Below, piece by piece: positions 57,801 to 64,000 of a stretch of 64,000 nucleotides of DNA. The notes under the pieces were generated by a model. The model had not been told where the DNA came from and did not search any database. It saw nothing but the letters and a program-made list of their open reading frames with translations. This stretch comes from Eledone cirrhosa (Eukaryota), in assembly GCA_964016885.1 (NCBI GenBank), contig OZ024744.1, positions 4,712,001 through 4,776,000 of the forward strand. Direction: 5' to 3'. How positions within the stretch are numbered: position 1 is the stretch's first letter; the number at the start of each line of letters is the position of its first letter. The translations under genes and the position numbers were made by a program.

Positions 57801-60800
57801 TGTTGGTAGCAGATATCTATCTTGGTAGACAGTGGTGTTGGTAGCAGAGGTCTATGTTGGTAGACAGTGGTGTTGGTAGCAGAGGTCTATCTTGGTAGTC
57901 AGTGGTGTTGGTAGCAGAGGTCTATCTTGGTAGACAGTGGTGTTGGTAGCAGAGGTCTATGTTGGGAGACAGTGAGGTTGGTAGCAGAGGTCTATCTTGG
58001 TAGACAGTGGTGTTGGTAGCAGAGGTCTATGTTGGTAGACAGTGGTGTTGGTAGCAGAGGTCTATCTTGGTAGACATTGAGGTTGGTAGCAGAGGTCTAT
58101 CTTGGTAGACAGTGGTGTTGGTAGCAGAGATCTATGTTGGTAGACAGTGGTGTTTGTAGCAGAGGTCTATGTTGGTAGACAGTGGTGTTGGAAGCAGAGG
58201 TCTATCTTAGTAGACAGTGGTGTTGGTACAGAGGTCTATGTTGGTAGACAGTGAGGTTGGTAGCAGAGGTCTATATTGGTAGACAGTGAGGTTGGTAGCA
58301 GAGGTCTATCTTGGTAGACAGTGAGGTTGGTAGCAGAGCTCTATCTTGGTAGACAGTGGTGTTGGTAGCAGAGGTCTATCTTGGTAGACAGTGGTGTTGG
58401 TAGCAGAGGTTTATCTTGGTAGACAGTGGTGTTGGTAGCAGAGGTCTATGTTGGTAGACAGTGGTGTTGGTAGCAGAGGTATATCTTGGTAGGCAGTGGT
58501 GTTGGTAGCAGAGCTCTATCTTGGTAGACAGTGGTGTTGGTAGCAGAAGTCTATCTTGGTAGACAGTGGTGTTGGTAGCAGAGGTCTATCTTGGTAGACA
58601 GTGGTGTTGCTAGCAGAGGTCTATCTTGGTAGACAGTGGTGTTGGTAGCAAAGGTCTATGTTGGTAGACAGTGAGGTTGGTAGCAGCGGTCTATCTTGGT
58701 AGACAGTGGTGTTGGTAGCAGAGGTCTATGTTGGTAGACAGTGGTGTTGGTAGCAGAGGTATATCTTGGTAGGCAGTGGTGTTGGTAGCAGAGCTCTATC
58801 TTGGTAGACAGTGGTGTTGGTAGCAGAGGTCTATCTTGGTAGACAGTGGTGTTGGTAGCAGAAGTCTATCTTGGTAGACAGTGGTGTTGGTTGCAGAGGT
58901 CTATCTTGGTAGACAGTGGTGTTGGTAGCAGAGGTCTATCTTGGTAGACAGTGAGGTTGGTATCAGAGGTCTATCTTGGTAGACAGTGAGGTTGGTAGCA
59001 GAGGTCTATGTTGGTAGACAGTGGTGTTGGTAGCATAGGTCTATCTTGGTAGACAGTGGTGTTGGTAGCAGAGGTCTATGTTGGTAGACAGTGGTGTTGG
59101 TAGTAGAGGTCTATCTTGGTAGACAGTGGTGTTGGTAGCAGATGTCTATCTTGGTAGACAGTGGTGTTGGTAGCAGAGGTCTATCTTGGTAGACAGTGGT
59201 GTTGGTAGCAGATATCTATCTTGGTAGACAGTGGTGTTGGTAGCAGAGGTCTATGTTGGTAGACAGTGGTGTTGGTAGCAGAGGTCTATCTTGGTAGTCA
59301 GTGGTGTTGGTAGCAGAGGTCTATCTTGGTAGACAGTGGTGTTGGTAGCAGAGGTCTATGTTGGGAGACAGTGAGGTTGGTAGCAGAGGTCTATCTTGGT
59401 AGACAGTGGTGTTGGTAGCAGAGGTCTATGTTGGTAGACAGTGGTGTTGGTAGCAGAGGTCTATCTTGGTAGACATTGAGGTTGGTAGCAGAGGTCTATC
59501 TTGGTAGACAGTGGTGTTGGTAGCAGAGATCTATGTTGGTAGACAGTGGTGTTGGTAGCAGAGGTCTATCTTAGTAGACAGTGGTGTTGGTAGCAGAGGT
59601 CTATCTTGGTAGACAGTGAAGTTGGTAGCAGAGGTCTATCTTGGTAGACAGTGAGGTTGGTAGCAGAGGTCTATCTTGGTAGACAGTGGTGTTGGTAGCA
59701 GAGGTATATCTTGGTAGACAGTGAGGTTGGTAACAGATATCTATCTTGGTAGACATTGGTGTTCGTAGCAGAGGTCTATGTTGGTAGACAGTGGTGTTGG
59801 TAGCAAAGGTCTATCTTGGTAGTCAGTGGTGTTGGTAGCAGAGGTCTATCTTGGTAGACAGTGGTGTTGGTAGCAGAGGTCTATGTTGGTAGACAGTGGT
59901 GTTGGTAATAGAGGTCTATCTTGGTAGACAGTGGTGTTGGTAGCAGATGTCTATCTTGGTAGACAGTGGTGTTGGTAGCAGAGGTCTATCTTGGTAGACA
60001 GTGGTGTTGGTAGGAGAGGTCTAACTTGGTAGACAGTGGTGTTGGTAGCAGAGGTCTATCTTGGTAGAAAGTGGTGTTGGTAGGAGAGGTCTATCTTGGT
60101 AGACAGTGGTGTTGGTAGCAGAGGTCTATCTTGGTAGACAGTGGTGTTGGTAGCAGAGGTCTATATTGGTAGACAGTGGTGTTGGTAGCAGATGTCTATC
60201 TTGGTAGACAGTGGTGTTGGTAGCAGAGGTCTATCTTGGTAGACAGTGGTGGTGGTAGCAGAGGTCTATCTTGTTAGACAGTGTTGTTGGTAGCAGAGGT
60301 CTATCTTAGTAGACAGTGGTGTTGGTAGCAGAGGTCTATCCTGGTAGACAGTGGTGTTGGTAGCAGAGGTCTATCTTGGTAGACAGTAGTGTTGGTAGCA
60401 GAGGTCTATCTTGGTAGACAGTGGTGTTGGTAGCTGAGGTCTAACTTGGTAGACAGTGGTGTTGGTAGCAGAGGTCTATCTTAGTAGACAGTGGTGTTGG
60501 TAGCAGAGGTCTATCTTGGTAGACAGTGGTGTTGGTAGCAGAGGTCTATCTTGGTAGACAGTGGTGTTGGTAGCAGAGGTCTATGTTGGTAGAAAGTGAG
60601 GTTGGTAGCAGAGGTCTATGTTGGTAGACAGTGGTGTTGGTAGCAGAGGTCTATCTTGGTAGACAGTGGTGTTGGTAGAAGAGGTCTATGTTGGTAGACA
60701 GTGAGGTTGGTAGCAGAGGTCTATCTTGGTAGACAGTGAGGTTGGTAGCAGAGCTCTATCTTGGTAGAAAGTGGTGTTGGTAGCAGAGGTCTATGTTGGT

Positions 60801-63800
60801 AGACAGTGGTGTTGGTAGCAGAGGTTTATCTTGGTAGACAGTGGTGTTGGTAGCAGAGGTCTATGTTGGTAGACAGTGGTGTTGGTAGCAGAGGTATATC
60901 TTGGTAGGCAGTGGTGTTGGTAGCAGAGCTCTATCTTGGTAGACAGTGGTGTTGGTAGCAGAGGTCTTTCTTGGTAGACAGTGGTGTTGCTAGCAGAGGT
61001 CTATGTTGGTAGAAAGTGAGGTTGGTAGCTGAGGTCTATGTTGGTAGACAGTGGTGTTGGTAGCAGAAGTCTATCTTGGTAGACAGTGAGGTTGTTAGCA
61101 GAGGTCTATGTTGGTAGACATTGGTGTTGGTAGCAGAGTTCTATCTTGGTAGACAGTGGTGTTGGTAGCAGAGGTCTATGTTGGTAGACAGTGGTGTTGG
61201 TAATAGAGGTCTATTTTGGTAGACAGTGGTGTTGGTAGCAGAGGTCTATCTTGGTAGACAGTGGTGTTGGTAGCAGAGGTCGATCTTGGTAGACAGTGGT
61301 GTTGGTAGCAGAGGTCTATCTTGGTAGACAGTGGTGTTGGTAGCAGATGTCTATCTTGGTAGACAGTGGTGTTGGTAGCAGAGATCTATCTTGGTAGACA
61401 GTGGTGTTGGTAGCAGAGGTCGATCTTGGTAGACAGTGGTGTTGGTAGCAGAGGTCGATCTTGGTAGACAGTGGTGTTGGTAGCAGAGGTCTATCTTGGT
61501 AGACAGTGGTGTTGGTAGCAGAGGTCTATGTTGGTAGACAGTGGTGTTGGTAGCAGAGGTATATCTTGGTAGGCAGTGGTGTTGGTAGCAGAGCTCTATC
61601 TTGGTAGACAGTGGTGTTGGTAGCAGAGGTCTATCTTGGTAGACAGTGGTGTTGGTAGCAGAGGTCTTTCTTGGTAGACAGTGGTGTTGGTAGCAGAGGT
61701 CTATGTTGGTAGAAAGTGAGGTTGGTAGCAGAGGTCTATCTTGGTAGAAAGTGGTGTTGGTAGGAGAGGTCTATCTTGGTAGACAGTGGTGTTGGTAGCA
61801 GAGGTCTATCTTGGTAGACAGTGGTGTTGGTAGCAGAGGTCTATATTGGTAGACAGTGGTGTTGGTAGCAGATGTCTATCTTGGTAGACAGTGGTGTTGG
61901 TAGCAGAGGTCTATCTTGGTAGACAGTGGTGGTGGTAGCAGAGGTCTATCTTGTTAGACAGTGTTGTTGGTAGCAGAGGTCTATCTTAGTAGACAGTGGT
62001 GTTGGTAGCAGAGGTCTATCCTGGTAGACAGTGGTGTTGGTAGCAGAGGTCTATCTTGGTAGACAGCAGTGTTGGTAGCAGAGGTCTATCTTGGTAGACA
62101 GTGGTGTTGGTAGCTGAGGTCTAACTTGGTAGACAGTGGTGTTGGTAGCAGAGGTCTATCTTAGTAGACAGTGGTGTTGGTAGCAGAGGTCTACCTTGGT
62201 AGACAGTGGTGTCGGTAGCAGAGCTCTATCCTGGTAGACAGTGGTGTTGGTAGCAGAGGTCTATCTTGGTAGACAGTGAGGTTGGTAGCAGAGGTCTATG
62301 TTGGTAGACAGTGGTGTCGGTAGCAGAGCTCTATCTTGGTAGACAGTGGTGTTGGTAGCAGAAGTCTATCTTGGTAGACAGTGAGGTTGGGAGCAGAGGT
62401 CTATGTTGGTAGACAGTGGTGTTGGTAGCAGAGGTCTATCTTGGTAGACAGTGGTGTTGGTAGGAGAGGTTTATCTTGGTAGACAGTGGTGTTGGTAGCA
62501 GAGGTCTATGTTGGTAGACAGTGGTGTTGGTAGCAGAGGTATATCTTGGTAGGCAGTGGTGTTGGTAGCAGAGCTCTATCTTGGTAGACAGTGGTGTTGG
62601 TAGCAGAGGTCTATCTTGGTAGACAGTGGTGTTGGTAGCAGAGGTCTATGTTAGTAGAAAGTGAGGTTGGTAGCAGAGGTCTATCTTGGTAGACAGTGAG
62701 GGTGGTAGCAGAGGTCTATCTTGGTAAACAGAGGTGTTGGTAGCAGAGGTCTATCTTGGTAGACAGTGAGGTTGGTATCAGAGGTCTATCTTGGTAGACA
62801 GTGAGGTTGGTAGCAGAGGTCTATGTTGGTAGACAGTGGTGTTGGTAGCATAGGTCTATCTTGGTAGACAGTGGTGTTGGTAGCAGAGGTCTATGTTGGT
62901 AGACAGTGGTGTTGGTAGTAGAGGTCTATCTTGGTAGACAGTGGTGTTGGTAGCAGATGTCTATCTTGGTAGACAGTGGTGTTGGTAGCAGAGGTCTATC
63001 TTGGTAGACAGTGGTGTTGGTAGCAAATATCTATCTTGGTAGACAGTGGTGTTGGTAGCAGAGGTCTATGTTGGTAGACAGTGGTGTTGGTAGCAGAGGT
63101 CTATCTTGGTAGACAGTGGTGTTGGTAGCAGAGGTCTATCTTGGTAGACAGTGGTGTTGGTAGCAGAGGTCTATCTTGGTAGACAGTGGTGTTGGTAGCA
63201 GAGGTCTATCTTGGTAGACAGTGGTGTTGGTAGCAGAGGTCTATGTTGGTAGACAGTGAGGTTGGTAGCAGAGGTCTATGTTGGTAGACAGTGGTGTTGG
63301 TAGCAGAGGTCTATCTTGGTAGACAGTGGTGTTGGTAGAAGAGGTCTATGTTGGTAGACAGTGAGGTTGGTAGCAGAGGTCTATCTTGGTAGACAGTGAA
63401 GTTGGTAGCAGAGGTCTATCTTGGTAGACAGTGAGGGTGGTAGCAGAGGTCTATCTTGGTAGACAGTGGTGTTCGTAGCAGAGGTCTATCTTGGTAGACA
63501 GTGGTGTTGGTAGCAGAGGTCTAACTTGGTAGACAGTGAGGTTGGTAGCAGAGGTCTATCTTGGTAGACAGTGGTGTTGGTAGCAGAGGTCTATCTTGGT
63601 AGACAGTGGGGTGGGTAGCAGAGGTCTATGTTGGTAGACAGTGGTGTTGGTAGCAGAGGTCTATGTTGGTAGACAGTGGTGTTGGTAGCAGAGGTCTATG
63701 TTGGTAGACAGTGGTGTTGGTAGCAGAGGTTAATCTTGGTAGACAGTGGTGTTGGTAGCAGAGATCTATCTTGGTAGACAGTAGTGTTGGTAGCAGAGGT

Positions 63801-64000
63801 CTATGTTGGTAGACAGTGGTGTTTGTAGCAGAGGTCTATGTTGGTAGACAGTGGTGTTGGAAGCAGAGGTCTATCTTAGTAGACAGTGGTGTTGGTACTG
63901 AGGTCTATGTTGGTAGACAGTGAGGTTGGTAGCAGAGGTCTATATTGGTAGACAGTGAGGTTGGTAGCAGAGGTATATCTTGGTAGACAGTGAGGTTGGT
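42867..64000. repeat. 35-bp tandem satellite, consensus TGGTAGCAGAGGTCTATCTTGGTAGACAGTGGTGT, about 600 monomers (runs off window end)
   Basis: Strict 35-bp period over 21.1 kb, typically 0-2 differences per monomer, rare 34-bp monomers, no insertions. Confidence 0.98.

Noticed and set aside
42867-64000. CRISPR-like array (35-bp repeat with a palindrome)
   Set aside because: Monomers are head-to-tail with no unique spacers, no cas genes, and the context is eukaryotic.

Overview
Eukaryotic heterochromatin-like window that is almost entirely repeat DNA, with no supportable host gene. (1) 1-42666 is a degenerate, G-poor satellite built from 5-bp words in a 20-bp unit (ACACCACACTACAATATA[T/C]C), with kb-scale internal duplications. 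(2) A full-length but dead Ty3/Gypsy LTR retrotransposon sits in it at 2968-8044 on the minus strand. It has CsRn1/Kabuki/Boudicca-clade hallmarks (CHCC Gag motif, tRNA-Trp-like PBS) and a well-preserved candidate -1 frameshift signal. (3) Three near-identical copies of a 186-bp tRNA-derived SINE come from one insertion multiplied by array duplication; from memory it resembles octopus SINEs, so a cephalopod host is an unverified inference. (4) A 200-N gap at 42667-42866 is followed by a homogeneous 35-bp satellite (about 600 monomers) with higher-order blocks running to the window end. The many His/Thr/Tyr-rich ORFs are artefacts of a stop-free repeat. I found no convincing new protein-coding system; the interesting signals concern retroelement cis-signals and satellite architecture. 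All counts and alignments were done by eye.
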